The notes under the pieces are model-generated. The model ran no database searches. It saw only the letters and a program-made list of their open reading frames with translations, and was not told the origin of the DNA. A program made the translations under genes and the position numbers. Below, in pieces: positions 54,953 to 64,000 of a DNA stretch of 64,000 nucleotides; position 1 is the first letter of the stretch, and every line of letters begins with the position of its first letter. The DNA is from an uncultured Acidimicrobiia bacterium. GTDB lineage: Bacteria > Actinomycetota > Acidimicrobiia > Spongiisociales > JAOTWH01. Where the stretch lies: the NCBI GenBank assembly GCA_964195995.1, contig CAXMQS010000088.1, positions 10,082 through 74,081 of the forward strand. Direction: 5' to 3'.

Positions 54953-55675
54953 TCAGCCTGTGATGCCGAGCTCGGCCTTGAGCTCCTCGAGCTTGGCATC
55001 CGCCTGGCTCAGCGAGATCGCCTCGCGTAGCTCAGCCTCAGCGCCCTGCGGGGTCGCCTCGTTGAGCTCGGCCTTGGCCATCGCATCTGCCTTGCGGGAT
55101 TCGATCTTCTCTTCGACCCTCGCCAGCGACGGCATCTCGTCGTCGAATGTCGAGGACAAGGCGTCCATCGCTTTGTTTACGGACTCCTGCATCTTGGCCT
55201 GCTGGAGAGAGCCCATCAGCTCCATCTTCTTGGCCGACAGTTCCTGGAGACGCATGGCGTTTGACTGGACGGCTCCCTTGGCGTCCTCGGCCTGGCTCAT
55301 GGCTGTCTCGTACTGCCCGCGCAGGGCTGTGAGGTTGTTCTCAGCAGCCTGGAGGCGCATCGCAAGACCCTGTGCGGACTGTGTCCACTTGTCGGTGCCA
55401 GCGGCGTCGCCGGCGGCCGTCGATTCCTGCGCCTTGAGAAGCGCCTGCTTGGCCAATTCGCGAGCCTCGCCTACCTCATCAGCCGAGTTCTCAATCTGAC
55501 TCTCGAGCTTGTGGCGATGCGCCACGACCTTGGCTGCTTGATTGCGGAGTTCCTGGTCGCGCTTGCGAGCCTCGGTGATGGCTTGTTCCATCTCGATCTC
55601 GGGGTCCATCGCCTTTTCCGCCGTCGAGCGGAATAGCTGCTTGATATATCCCCATAGTCGTTTGAGGAAACCCAT
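54953..55675 (-). CDS. pspA: PspA/IM30 family protein
   Basis: MGFLKRLWGYIKQLF..AEKAMDPEIEMEQAI and a long coiled coil. Confidence 0.9.
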   Translation of the reverse strand: MGFLKRLWGYIKQLFRSTAEKAMDPEIEMEQAITEARKRDQELRNQAAKVVAHRHKLESQIENSADEVGEARELAKQALLKAQESTAAGDAAGTDKWTQSAQGLAMRLQAAENNLTALRGQYETAMSQAEDAKGAVQSNAMRLQELSAKKMELMGSLQQAKMQESVNKAMDALSSTFDDEMPSLARVEEKIESRKADAMAKAELNEATPQGAEAELREAISLSQADAKLEELKAELGITG

Positions 55676-55739
55676 GTTTCACGTCCCTTTCGATGAGAGC
55701 GGCAGTCTAGGAGAAGTGGGGGACGGCTGGGCCGGTCGA

Positions 55740-57095
55740 TTACCGGCGGCGGCGCCTGCCGCCGCGTGAGCGCTTCGACTTTGGACTCGGAGAAGGCGAG
55801 GATCGGCGGGTGGCTGAACGGGAGGAGGATGGCCCCGGAATGGGCCCGGATGAACTTCCCGACGACCTAGTCGAGGAGGCTCTCGACGTGGATCTACGTG
55901 ATGAGCGGCCGAAGAGCCCTCCCCCGCGGCGGCCCTTGCCGAGCAGGTCTGGCAATGCCTGACTAGCACCACCAACGAGGATCGACAGCAGGTCCATCCC
56001 TCCGAAGCCGCCGCCGCCGTGGGATTTGGGCGCACGAGGAGCAGGCACCCGACGACCACCGACGTCGATCATCCTGGGGTCGGGCCGTTGTCCAGCAGTC
56101 AGCTTGCCGGCGTCTGCCTTGCACACCCTCACCTCTCTGTTCCCGGCCGAGGTCTTGATGGTGGCTTCGACTGTCGGCCCCCGGTGGGTTGGGTCGAAGA
56201 AACAGCGAGCCATCTCCTTGCGAGGCTTGGGGGGCATCGGATCTCCATCGAGGATGGCCTGGCTCGAATCGAGCTGCCATGCCGCCTCGTCCAGTCGATC
56301 GGACAGGGCTTCGAGTTGGGCCAAGGTCGTGGCCTTCTCGAACTCTTCGGACGCCTTCTCGTAGACCCCGCTGCCCTCCTCGAAGAAGGCGACAGCCTTG
56401 GGGCCACCAAGCCGAACCCGGTCAGCCAGGTCGAGGATGTCGTTGGCCATCGAGTCGAGCTGTGACTGGATCTCGTTGCGGGCCCCTTGGATATCGCCCT
56501 CCGAGCGCGCCACCGATGCCTTCTTGGACTTCCTCATCACGAACCAGGCGATAGCCACGAAGCCGAGGACGATTATCAGAAGAACCCACAGCCCACTGCC
56601 GCCGCCCGAGCTAGAAGCTGACGGGGCAGGAGCCTGAGTTGGCGTTGGCACCGCGGCTGGGACAGTGGCGCCGGTCAGGGTCTCCACCACATTGGTGAGG
56701 TAGACGAGATCGCTGCCCCCGGCTGCGTCTGCGGCATTGAGGGCTGCCTCGACGTCTGCGCGGTCGAACTCGTCGACCGTCTCGTAGCCAACAAAGCCAT
56801 CTTCGGTGAGAACGATGACGGTCGCCGGGCCGCCAATGGCGTCGAGAACGCCACCGGCAAAGGTGGTTGGTCCGCCGCCGGGGCTCTCGTCCAGCACCAC
56901 GAGGGAGAGGCGGAATCCCCGGTCGCGAGCACCGCTGACAAGATCGCTCACCCGAGACTCGCTGATGCTGGTCCCGGGGCCGAGGTAGTAGCCCTCCTCA
57001 GAGACGGCAACAACGGCGTCGATGGTGGTCTGGGCGGCCGCAGGAGCGGCGACCAGCATCAGCGCGACGATGGGGGGGAGCAATCGGCGAGTCAT
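55740..57095 (-). CDS. single-pass membrane protein (secreted N-domain, cytoplasmic helical domain, Ser/Arg-rich tail)
   Basis: Start set at MTRRLLPPIVALMLVAAPAAA (signal peptide). TM segment LWVLLIIVLGFVAIAWFV. CFFDPTHRG block. The tail is rich in RS/SR dipeptides. Confidence 0.7.
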   Translation of the reverse strand: MTRRLLPPIVALMLVAAPAAAQTTIDAVVAVSEEGYYLGPGTSISESRVSDLVSGARDRGFRLSLVVLDESPGGGPTTFAGGVLDAIGGPATVIVLTEDGFVGYETVDEFDRADVEAALNAADAAGGSDLVYLTNVVETLTGATVPAAVPTPTQAPAPSASSSGGGSGLWVLLIIVLGFVAIAWFVMRKSKKASVARSEGDIQGARNEIQSQLDSMANDILDLADRVRLGGPKAVAFFEEGSGVYEKASEEFEKATTLAQLEALSDRLDEAAWQLDSSQAILDGDPMPPKPRKEMARCFFDPTHRGPTVEATIKTSAGNREVRVCKADAGKLTAGQRPDPRMIDVGGRRVPAPRAPKSHGGGGFGGMDLLSILVGGASQALPDLLGKGRRGGGLFGRSSRRSTSRASSTRSSGSSSGPIPGPSSSRSATRRSSPSPSPKSKRSRGGRRRRR

Positions 57096-57189
57096 AGCTA
57101 CGAGAGGATAGACCCTGTGCCAGGGGCCGCTCCGAGCCCGAAGAGCGCGGCCACCACGCGATGAAACCCCTCGGTGGCCCGCCATCCGC

Positions 57190-58005
57190 CTAGGCGTCGT
57201 CGTCCGTCGAACCCAGCTCTCGAGAGCGTGCTGCGGCTGCCCTGATGGCATCCTCGACCAGTGAGCGAAAGCCCCCGCCGTCGAGCACGTGCATGGCGGC
57301 GGCGGTCGTGCCCCCGGGTGATGTCACCTGGGCTCGGAGCGCAGCCGGTGAACTCTCCGACTCGCGCATCAGGATGCCGGCACCCCGCATGGTTTGTGCA
57401 ACGAGCCGCGTGGCTGCATGGTGGGGAAGGCCTTCCCTAAGTGCAGCTTCGGTAAGCGCCTCTGCCAAGAGGAAGGCGTACGCGGGCCCCGTCCCCGAAA
57501 CGGCGGTGACGGCATCGAGGTGCTGTTCACCGAGCCGAATGATCTGGCCGACGGCGCTGAGAACTGACTCGGCCTTCTCCATGGCCGTCGAATCGACGAA
57601 GCTCCCGGCGCAATAGGCGGTGATCGCCTCATCCACGGCGGCCGGCGTGTTCGGCATCGCCCTAATGACAGGCACCTCGCCGAGAGCGCTCTCGTAGGTC
57701 GCGATAGGCGTACCGGCGGCGAGAGAAACGACGACCTGGTCTTTGCGAACCTCCTCGCCCAGCTGTTGCAGGAGAGCTGGGACATCGCGCGGCTTCACCG
57801 ATACGACCACGACTTCTGAGCCCGCAACAGCCGTTGCCGCATCCAATGAAGCGGAGACGCCAAGGCGCTCGTCAAGCTCTTTGGCCCGCTCGGGGCGACG
57901 CACGCACAGAGTGAGGTCGGCTGCGTCCCAGCCGGCACGCAGCAATCCGGAAGCGAACATCTCGCCCATCGAGCCGACACCGACAATGGCAACAGACGGT
58001 TTCAT
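57190..58005 (-). CDS. proC: pyrroline-5-carboxylate reductase
   Basis: VAIVGVGSMGEM Rossmann motif and a ProC C-terminal dimerisation domain (SPGGTT). Confidence 0.9.
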   Translation of the reverse strand: MKPSVAIVGVGSMGEMFASGLLRAGWDAADLTLCVRRPERAKELDERLGVSASLDAATAVAGSEVVVVSVKPRDVPALLQQLGEEVRKDQVVVSLAAGTPIATYESALGEVPVIRAMPNTPAAVDEAITAYCAGSFVDSTAMEKAESVLSAVGQIIRLGEQHLDAVTAVSGTGPAYAFLLAEALTEAALREGLPHHAATRLVAQTMRGAGILMRESESSPAALRAQVTSPGGTTAAAMHVLDGGGFRSLVEDAIRAAAARSRELGSTDDDA

Positions 58006-58038
58006 GCCAGGAGTGTAGGGAGGTTGGGGTTTCGCGTT

Positions 58039-58590
58039 CTAGAGGATGCCGCGAGCAGGGGTGAGAGCGTCAGCGAACCACGCCATCTCCGCGGCCATCT
58101 TCTCGATGGCCCTCGCGGTGCGGTCGCTCGAAAAGGTGCCATCTTCATCGATGTCGGCTGCCACTCGCGAAACGAAGACCGAGTCACCGACGGGAACCAT
58201 GCGATGCGAGAGCGCTACCAACCGAAGTGACTCGACCAGCCTCGATCCGCCGTGGCCGCCGGCTGAAACACCGACGAAGCCGATGGGCTTTCTCGAGAAC
58301 TCGTCGCCACCTTCGTCCAGCAGCAGTTTCAATTCGCCCGGATAACCATGGTTGTATTCAGGGGCAACGATGACCACGCCATCCGCGCTCTCGATCGTCG
58401 AGCGGAACTCGCCGATCGTTGCCGTGCCTCGGCCGTCGTGAGTCGCACTCAGATCGAAGTCGGCGACATCGACCAGCTCGCTCTTGAGGCCGAGTCGCGA
58501 CAGCTCGGTGACGACGAAGTCGGCGACAGGGGCTGACTTTCGCTCGGCCCGAGCTGTGCCGAGGATCACTGGAAAGAAGTGCTGGTCCAT
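58039..58590 (-). CDS. NAD(P)H-dependent FMN reductase
   Basis: APEYNHGYPGELK motif and flavodoxin-like fold length. Confidence 0.85.
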   Translation of the reverse strand: MDQHFFPVILGTARAERKSAPVADFVVTELSRLGLKSELVDVADFDLSATHDGRGTATIGEFRSTIESADGVVIVAPEYNHGYPGELKLLLDEGGDEFSRKPIGFVGVSAGGHGGSRLVESLRLVALSHRMVPVGDSVFVSRVAADIDEDGTFSSDRTARAIEKMAAEMAWFADALTPARGIL

Positions 58591-58685
58591 TGCGTCAGTT
58601 GCAACCTCTGTCGCGGTACCGACATTCCGACCAGGAGCGCCGGGGACGGCGACCAGGTAGGCTATGTCTTATTGGGAGGTGGGCC

Positions 58686-59003
58686 ATGGCCGATTTGAGA
58701 CCGCTGGAGCGGCGAGTTGTGAAGCTCGCCGAGGCCGGGATCGATCGCGCCGAGATCGGGCGTCGTTTTAGGCGATCCGAGGCCCACATCTCACGCATCG
58801 TCGACCTCACCGAACTGCCCGGCCGCTCGGCGCAGCCAAAGAGCTCGACGCTGCGTCCCCTGGAACGCCGGGTGCTTCACCTGAGAGGTGAGGGTCACGA
58901 CCACACCGAGATCGGGCGTCGTTTCAAGCGCAGCCCCGAGCACATGCGCCGCGTCGAGGGCATGGCTCTCTACAAGATGGCTCGCACTCTCCTGCAGACG
59001 TAG
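58686..59003 (+). CDS. 105-aa protein with two tandem LuxR/sigma70-region-4-like HTH units
   Basis: ATG 58686 follows GGGAGG. Internal duplication: LRPLERRVVKLAEAGIDRAEIGRRFRRSEAHISR / LRPLERRVLHLRGEGHDHTEIGRRFKRSPEHMRR. Confidence 0.65.
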   Translation: MADLRPLERRVVKLAEAGIDRAEIGRRFRRSEAHISRIVDLTELPGRSAQPKSSTLRPLERRVLHLRGEGHDHTEIGRRFKRSPEHMRRVEGMALYKMARTLLQT

Positions 59004-59047
59004 CCGGTATTCGGAATAGCCGACGGCACGCGCCAACCTGTGTCTTC

Positions 59048-60325
59048 ATGACCCGTCGCGCTGGCATCGTCACATCGCTTCTCCTCGCCCTGGCGCTGGT
59101 CGCTGCCGCCTGCGGTGACAGCGGCGGCTCTCCGGGCGGGGCCCTTGCCGACGGCACCACTGCAGACGCCACGGCGGGCACGGGGAGTGACGGCACGACT
59201 GCCGATGGCACCACTGGCACTACGGCTGCGGCGCCAGATCTGGCTCCGCTGATAGGCCTCGACCTCGAGTTCATCACGGACGACATCCCGCGCCCCACCG
59301 GGATCATGACGGCGCCGGGTAGCGACTACCTCTATTTCGTCGACCAGCTCGGAACGGTCCGGGTCTTTGACACCGACTTCAACAATCTGCCCGACCGCTT
59401 CATCAACATCCGCGACATCGTCAAGATGGGCGGCATCGAGCAGGGGTTGCTGGGCATGGCGTTCCATCCCGACTTCGCCAGCAACGGCCGCTTCTTCGTT
59501 TACTACACAGACGCCGACGGCTCGCGCACGCTGGCCGAGTACGGAATGCTGTCCATGGAGCCGCCCATCGCCGACACCTCCACGGCCCGGATCCTGTTCG
59601 TCAGGCCGCAGCCAACGACGGAGCCACGGCACTACGGCGGCATGCTCAAGTTCGGGCCCGACGGCTATCTGTGGGTCTCGGTCGGCGACGGCGCCCGCGC
59701 CAGCGTCAACGGTCAGAACCCAGACAACATCTTCGGGACGATCCTGCGAATCGATGTCGACAGCGGTGACCCCTATGGAGTCCCCCCAGACAACCCGTTC
59801 GTCAACGGTGGCGGGCTGCCCGAGGTGTGGGCGTACGGCCTGCGCAACCCGTGGCGCTTCGATCTGGACCCGGTGGACGGCCTCATCTACATCGCGGATG
59901 TTGGGCAGGAGAGGATCGAAGAGGTCAACGTGGTGTCGATGACACAGGGTGGCTACAACTTCGGCTGGGACATTCTCGAGGCATCTCGCTGTTTCCGCGA
60001 GTCGGGATGCGATCGAACGGGGCTGACCGATCCGATCGTCGAGTACACCCACGACGAGGGCTGCTCGATCACGGGTGGAGTGGTTTACCGCGGAGACGCC
60101 ATGCCCGAGCTCAACGGCCACTACTTCTACGCCGACTGGTGCAACGGCTGGGTTCGCAGCTTCCGCCATATCGATGGTGCCGCTACCCAGACGGAAGATT
60201 GGACCCAGGACTTGTTCAACGCCGGCCAGGTCCAGGCTTTTGGGTTCGACAGCACCGGCGAGATGTACATCGGCAACCACGAAGGCCTCATCTACAAGGT
60301 CGTGCCCGTCAGGGCGGACTCCTAG
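59048..60325 (+). CDS. PQQ-dependent sugar dehydrogenase (soluble glucose/sorbosone dehydrogenase family) lipoprotein
   Basis: Lipobox VAAAC. GLLGMAFHPDF and HYGGMLKFGPDGYLWVSVGDG blocks. Confidence 0.85.
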   Translation: MTRRAGIVTSLLLALALVAAACGDSGGSPGGALADGTTADATAGTGSDGTTADGTTGTTAAAPDLAPLIGLDLEFITDDIPRPTGIMTAPGSDYLYFVDQLGTVRVFDTDFNNLPDRFINIRDIVKMGGIEQGLLGMAFHPDFASNGRFFVYYTDADGSRTLAEYGMLSMEPPIADTSTARILFVRPQPTTEPRHYGGMLKFGPDGYLWVSVGDGARASVNGQNPDNIFGTILRIDVDSGDPYGVPPDNPFVNGGGLPEVWAYGLRNPWRFDLDPVDGLIYIADVGQERIEEVNVVSMTQGGYNFGWDILEASRCFRESGCDRTGLTDPIVEYTHDEGCSITGGVVYRGDAMPELNGHYFYADWCNGWVRSFRHIDGAATQTEDWTQDLFNAGQVQAFGFDSTGEMYIGNHEGLIYKVVPVRADS

Positions 60326-60726
60326 ACAACGGCCCTGACGCCGTCTGCATCGACTCGATAGCGGCGTCCCGACTCGAATCCGGCGATCGAGGCAACGACC
60401 ACGATGGGACAGGATCGGTCGTAGAGCTCGCCGGCGACGAGGGCTCCCGCCAACAGGATCTCGTCGCTCTGATCGAGGACTATGGCGCAGGGTCCGGTTC
60501 CCAGCCGGAGACACTCGGCGAGCACGCTGGACGCCGACGAGCTGCCCTTGCCGTGGGACATCACCAACACCCGACCTGCGACGGAGCTGCCGGCCTGGGG
60601 ATGGCGCTGATCGATGATGTCGCCGGTGGCCGCATCCACACCACCCCAGAAGCTGATCGGTTCCGCCAACACCAGCGCCTCCCCCTCAGCGAAACCTGCC
60701 AGCAGGACGCGCTGGTCAGTTGTCAT
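60322..60726 (-). CDS. aconitase X swivel-domain subunit (DUF126)
   Basis: LAEPISFWGGVD..TG.I.D..HP..G.S..GRVLV...GKGSS. Confidence 0.8.
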   Translation of the reverse strand: MTTDQRVLLAGFAEGEALVLAEPISFWGGVDAATGDIIDQRHPQAGSSVAGRVLVMSHGKGSSSASSVLAECLRLGTGPCAIVLDQSDEILLAGALVAGELYDRSCPIVVVASIAGFESGRRYRVDADGVRAVV

Positions 60727-61978
60727 GCCACCACCTGTCGGATCTTGTTATCTCACCGGCGATAGCGGAGGCGACGCAGTCCTCGGTTGAGCCGAACACC
60801 ACCTGGGCTCCGATGTTCGCCGGTGCGTAGTAGGCCCACTTCGCGGAATCGGTCATCATCACCTGGCCCGGCTCAACAGACATGATCGGCTTGAGGTAGG
60901 TGCAGGTGTCGGTGACGATCTCTACGCCCGCCCCCAGCAAGGCGTCGCCAGCACTGCTTGCCGCCAAGACGTCGCGGGCCGTGTTGACCGAACATTCGAT
61001 GGTCGGCGCCACCCGCTGTGATCCGAAGAGACCTGCGATTCGATCGAGCTCAGCCACCGAGGCGTGCGGGGTGCCGAGGGCGACGGCACCAAGCGGGCCG
61101 GCAGCAACAGTGCTCAGATCATCACGGGCGCGCGTGAGGTCCTCGGCCGTGATCGTCATCCTTGCCACGTCGACCCTGCCTCCAAGAGCCTCCTGCAGCG
61201 TCGGAGCCTCTGGTGTGATGCCAACGGCATGGAACATGGCAACTGCTCCCGACGATGCGGCGCCCGCCCCAAGCGCCTTGAGTTGATCCTCCGTTGCGGA
61301 CTCGAGTCCAACGATGACAGGGATGCGCAGGCCCGCCTCGTAGCCGATGAGGTGACCGAGCACCGGGAAGAGGGCATCGCTCTCGGCCACCGACGCCGGC
61401 AGGTCGACCAGCTCGAAGATGATCCCGCCCCTCCTCCCGGCATCGAGATGGAGTCCGGCTGCTGGAGCCCGTCCCGTGATCGCGGCGCAGATATCCGTGA
61501 AGTCCCCGTAGCGCTCGGTGCGGGCGCCGAGCACCGAGTTGGCGAAGACGATGGCGTTGGATTCGCCCCAGGCCACCTGGGCCCCGAAGGAAGGGCGGTC
61601 TTCGAGTTGATAGGGAGCACAGGTCCAGGTGGCACGCCCCCCGAGCGCCTCGTAGGCGGCGACCAAACGAGCCGCCTCGGGCGCATGGTCTGTGTCCCCA
61701 CGGTTCAGCTCGGGATGGAGCAGGTCAAGCGAGGTCACATTGAGGGTGGTGGGCACCGCAACTTGGCCGCGCTCGTCCACGAGCCGCTCTGCGAACTCAA
61801 GACCGGCCATCCCATGGAAGAGGCAGGAGTCGATGTGAGCTCCAGATATGTCGAGCAGCTGTGCCGCGCCCAATGCTTCGGCGACGGAAACCAGGATCCG
61901 CATGGCGATCTGCTCGGCACCCGTTCCCTCACCTGACAGCATCGCCTGATCTGAATCGGAGAGGGCAAGTGGTGCCAC
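60716..61978 (-). CDS. aconitase X catalytic subunit (DUF521)
   Basis: ~420 aa, with ISGAHIDSC, CAPYQ and TDSAKWAYYAP blocks. Overlaps the small subunit by 11 nt. Confidence 0.8.
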   Translation of the reverse strand: MAPLALSDSDQAMLSGEGTGAEQIAMRILVSVAEALGAAQLLDISGAHIDSCLFHGMAGLEFAERLVDERGQVAVPTTLNVTSLDLLHPELNRGDTDHAPEAARLVAAYEALGGRATWTCAPYQLEDRPSFGAQVAWGESNAIVFANSVLGARTERYGDFTDICAAITGRAPAAGLHLDAGRRGGIIFELVDLPASVAESDALFPVLGHLIGYEAGLRIPVIVGLESATEDQLKALGAGAASSGAVAMFHAVGITPEAPTLQEALGGRVDVARMTITAEDLTRARDDLSTVAAGPLGAVALGTPHASVAELDRIAGLFGSQRVAPTIECSVNTARDVLAASSAGDALLGAGVEIVTDTCTYLKPIMSVEPGQVMMTDSAKWAYYAPANIGAQVVFGSTEDCVASAIAGEITRSDRWWHDN

Positions 61979-61980
61979 GG

Positions 61981-62535
61981 TTAGCCGGCGATGAGGTCGT
62001 CTGTGTTGACGACGGTGGCGAACTCCCCGTGGAGATTGGTCGCCGTGATCCTGGCGAGTTCGTCAGCGGTAACCGGCGAGCCGTCGGGGGCCACCATGTC
62101 GTAGGTGTGGGTGGCGTCGAGAGCGAACAAGGTGGAGTAGCCGAGGTTGCCTGCCATGCGAGCGGTCGTCTCACAGCACATGTTGGTCTGGATACCACAG
62201 ATCACCACTGTGTCGATGCCCCGCGCACGCAGCCAGCCGTCGAGGTCGGGCTCACCGTAGAAAGCCGAGTTGACCGACTTGGAAACGAGCAGATCCGAGT
62301 CGCCGGTGACGATGTCTTGGAAGTCGTTGCCGTCCTGCCCTGGGCGGAATGGCGACTGCGGTTCGACGGAGTCGTGCCGCACGAAGACGATCGGACGATC
62401 GTGTCTCCGCCACTCCTCGATGAGCCGGGCGGTGTTGGACTCCATCTCCGGGTTGTTGCGGCGCCCCCATCCGGGGTCGGCGAAACCCTGCTGCACGTCG
62501 ATGACCAAGAGGGCTGCGTTGTTGGGGATCTCCAT
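61981..62535 (-). CDS. isochorismatase-family cysteine hydrolase
   Basis: ALLVIDVQQGF and the catalytic-Cys region VVICGIQTNMCCETT. Confidence 0.85.
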   Translation of the reverse strand: MEIPNNAALLVIDVQQGFADPGWGRRNNPEMESNTARLIEEWRRHDRPIVFVRHDSVEPQSPFRPGQDGNDFQDIVTGDSDLLVSKSVNSAFYGEPDLDGWLRARGIDTVVICGIQTNMCCETTARMAGNLGYSTLFALDATHTYDMVAPDGSPVTADELARITATNLHGEFATVVNTDDLIAG

Positions 62536-62554
62536 GGGTCGACGCTACCTCGTC

Positions 62555-62887
62555 TCAGCTGATCGCTTGCAACAGCCACAGGGTGGCCATGCCTACCGCG
62601 ATCGTGGCCAGCACGTTCTTGGTGCGCCACGCCACCAGTGCCGCGACGATGCCGGCCAGCATTCTCTCGTTCCACGGATCGAAGATCAGGTCGGGGTGGG
62701 TGAGGCTGGGAGTGATGAGCGCTGCGAGCACGGCCGCAGGGATCAGCCGCAGAGCCCTGCGCGCCAGGTCGGGGATCTCGTCTGCGCTGCGCTTGAGAAG
62801 ACCGATAAATGAGTACCGAAGAGCCAGGGTGCCGGCCCCTGCCAGTCCCATCACCAGCCAGATCTCCCAAGAGGCTAAGGACGTCAT
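62555..62887 (-). CDS. azlD: branched-chain amino acid transport protein AzlD
   Basis: Start at MTSLASWEIWLVM (ATGA overlap with the azlC stop). ~110 aa, 3-4 TM. Confidence 0.75.
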   Translation of the reverse strand: MTSLASWEIWLVMGLAGAGTLALRYSFIGLLKRSADEIPDLARRALRLIPAAVLAALITPSLTHPDLIFDPWNERMLAGIVAALVAWRTKNVLATIAVGMATLWLLQAIS

Positions 62888-63564
62888 CGCCGCGACTCCG
62901 CGATGAGGCCGGTGGCGATGCCGACCACGGCGGCCAGCGGCAGGCCGAGGTTGTAGGCCAGGGGCTGCGCAACCACCGCGGTGAGTCCCCCGACGATCGC
63001 AGCAACGGACGTAGCCCGGTCGGTAATGGCCGGGAACAGCAGAGCGAGGAACACGAGCGGGATGGCGAAGTCGAGGGACCACTCGGGAGGGATGCCGGAG
63101 CCAAGCACCACCCCAACGATCGTCGACGACTGCCAGGTAACGAACAGCGCAAGAGCCGCTCCGAAGTAGTAGGCCAGCTTGAGCTCGGTTGACTCGTCCT
63201 CCTTGCCATAACGGATGATCGAAGCGGCAAACGCCTGGTCCGTCAGCAGGTAGGAGGTTGCCAGCTTCTGCGGAGTCGTCGCCGATACGAAGTGGGGAGA
63301 CAGCGACGCGCTGTACATCACGAATCGAGAGTTGATGACGACGACCGTCGCCACGATGACGACGATGGCTGCATCGCGACCGATGAGCTCGTACGCGGCC
63401 AGCTGTGAGGCGCCGGCGAACACCACCGGGGAGAACGCGATCGCCTGGAGACTGCTCAGGCCAGACTCAACGGCAGCCACGCCGGCGATGATGCCGAAGG
63501 GCACCATGCCGATGAGGATGGGGGCGATGGTGAGCACCCCTGCTCGGAAGTTTTGGCGACGCAT
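62884..63564 (-). CDS. azlC: AzlC-family branched-chain amino acid permease subunit
   Basis: GVLTIAPILIGMVPFGIIAG..FAGASQLA pattern. Confidence 0.8.
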   Translation of the reverse strand: MRRQNFRAGVLTIAPILIGMVPFGIIAGVAAVESGLSSLQAIAFSPVVFAGASQLAAYELIGRDAAIVVIVATVVVINSRFVMYSASLSPHFVSATTPQKLATSYLLTDQAFAASIIRYGKEDESTELKLAYYFGAALALFVTWQSSTIVGVVLGSGIPPEWSLDFAIPLVFLALLFPAITDRATSVAAIVGGLTAVVAQPLAYNLGLPLAAVVGIATGLIAESRR

Positions 63565-63576
63565 TGGCCGCGCAAG

Positions 63577-64000
63577 CTAGTCGCCCGCAGCGATGAACTC
63601 GGCGTCGGGTATTTCCGACTCTATGCCACGAATCCGGGGTCGGCTATAGCCGTAGACGGCCAAGATCATCATCCCGATGCCGCTGAGGACGAAGAGGAAC
63701 CCGATCCCTCTCCCTGGGCCAGTGCCGATCACCACGCCAACCGAGTCCGCAAGCGCACCGCCCGGCTGCAGCCGCGGCTCGAAGACGCTGTCTGCCAGTG
63801 GTCCCGCCGCCAAGATGGCGAGAGGGGACACCGCGCTCGAAATCATCCGACGTAGGGAGAACACCCTTCCCTGGATCCCTGCCTCCACCTTGCGCTGCCA
63901 GATCGTCTGACTCAACGCATTGACGATGGGCATCACAACCAGCATGAGAACGAATGCCCCACCGATGAGAGGCACCGATGCGCGCAGCCCGGCAACAGAT
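63577..64000 (-). CDS. MFS transporter, C-terminal part (5' end beyond window)
   Basis: The frame stays open to base 64000. Hydrophobic TM segments and an MFS loop (GRVFSLRRM). Confidence 0.7.
   Translation of the reverse strand, partial: SVAGLRASVPLIGGAFVLMLVVMPIVNALSQTIWQRKVEAGIQGRVFSLRRMISSAVSPLAILAAGPLADSVFEPRLQPGGALADSVGVVIGTGPGRGIGFLFVLSGIGMMILAVYGYSRPRIRGIESEIPDAEFIAAGD

Noticed and set aside
58970-60514. 514-aa ORF on the minus strand, the largest 'extra' ORF in the track
   Set aside because: It lies entirely antisense to the well-supported PQQ-dependent dehydrogenase gene. Its product is Arg/Gly/Val-rich, with no motif I recognised. This is a typical high-GC shadow ORF. The same reasoning applies to 37058-38038(-), 20436-21506(+), 33573-34691(+), 32425-33351(+), 12293-13402(-) and 62202-63230(-).

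Overview
This is a high-GC, actinobacterial-type chromosomal segment; 60-nt lines counted by eye are mostly 60-73% GC. It is densely packed, with about 60 protein genes and many ATGA or overlapping junctions. I recognised no rRNA, tRNA, CRISPR array, transposase or integrase. Content: hflX; three histidine kinases but no stand-alone response regulator; acyl-CoA dehydrogenases and redox enzymes; ctaB/ctaA; selD; mgtE; nadE; an epimerase-acyltransferase pair; an XRE/HbhA-like pair; a 7.9-kb gene for a 2,622-aa surface protein coupled to a sensor kinase; ald; two tandem DivIVA-domain paralogs; cation antiporters; a cell-wall amidase; a DNA methyltransferase next to a (GACGCAG)x9 microsatellite; GH13 plus a sugar-binding lipoprotein; a PspA cluster; proC; and an AcnX (DUF521/DUF126) operon with azlCD. 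Main hunt results: (1) Selenocysteine decoding is visible twice. Both selD and a Prx-like U-x-x-C redoxin are split by an in-frame TGA that the ORF track treated as a stop. (2) A kinase, a giant transmembrane adhesin and a degenerate nucleotidyltransferase form an operon; the giant protein has a cytoplasmic SH3-like tail. (3) A lower-GC orphan methyltransferase/ABM/membrane-protein operon sits behind a heptanucleotide repeat. (4) A two-hairpin element with C-rich loops resembles 6C sRNA. All functional calls come from motif recognition by eye; no database search was run.
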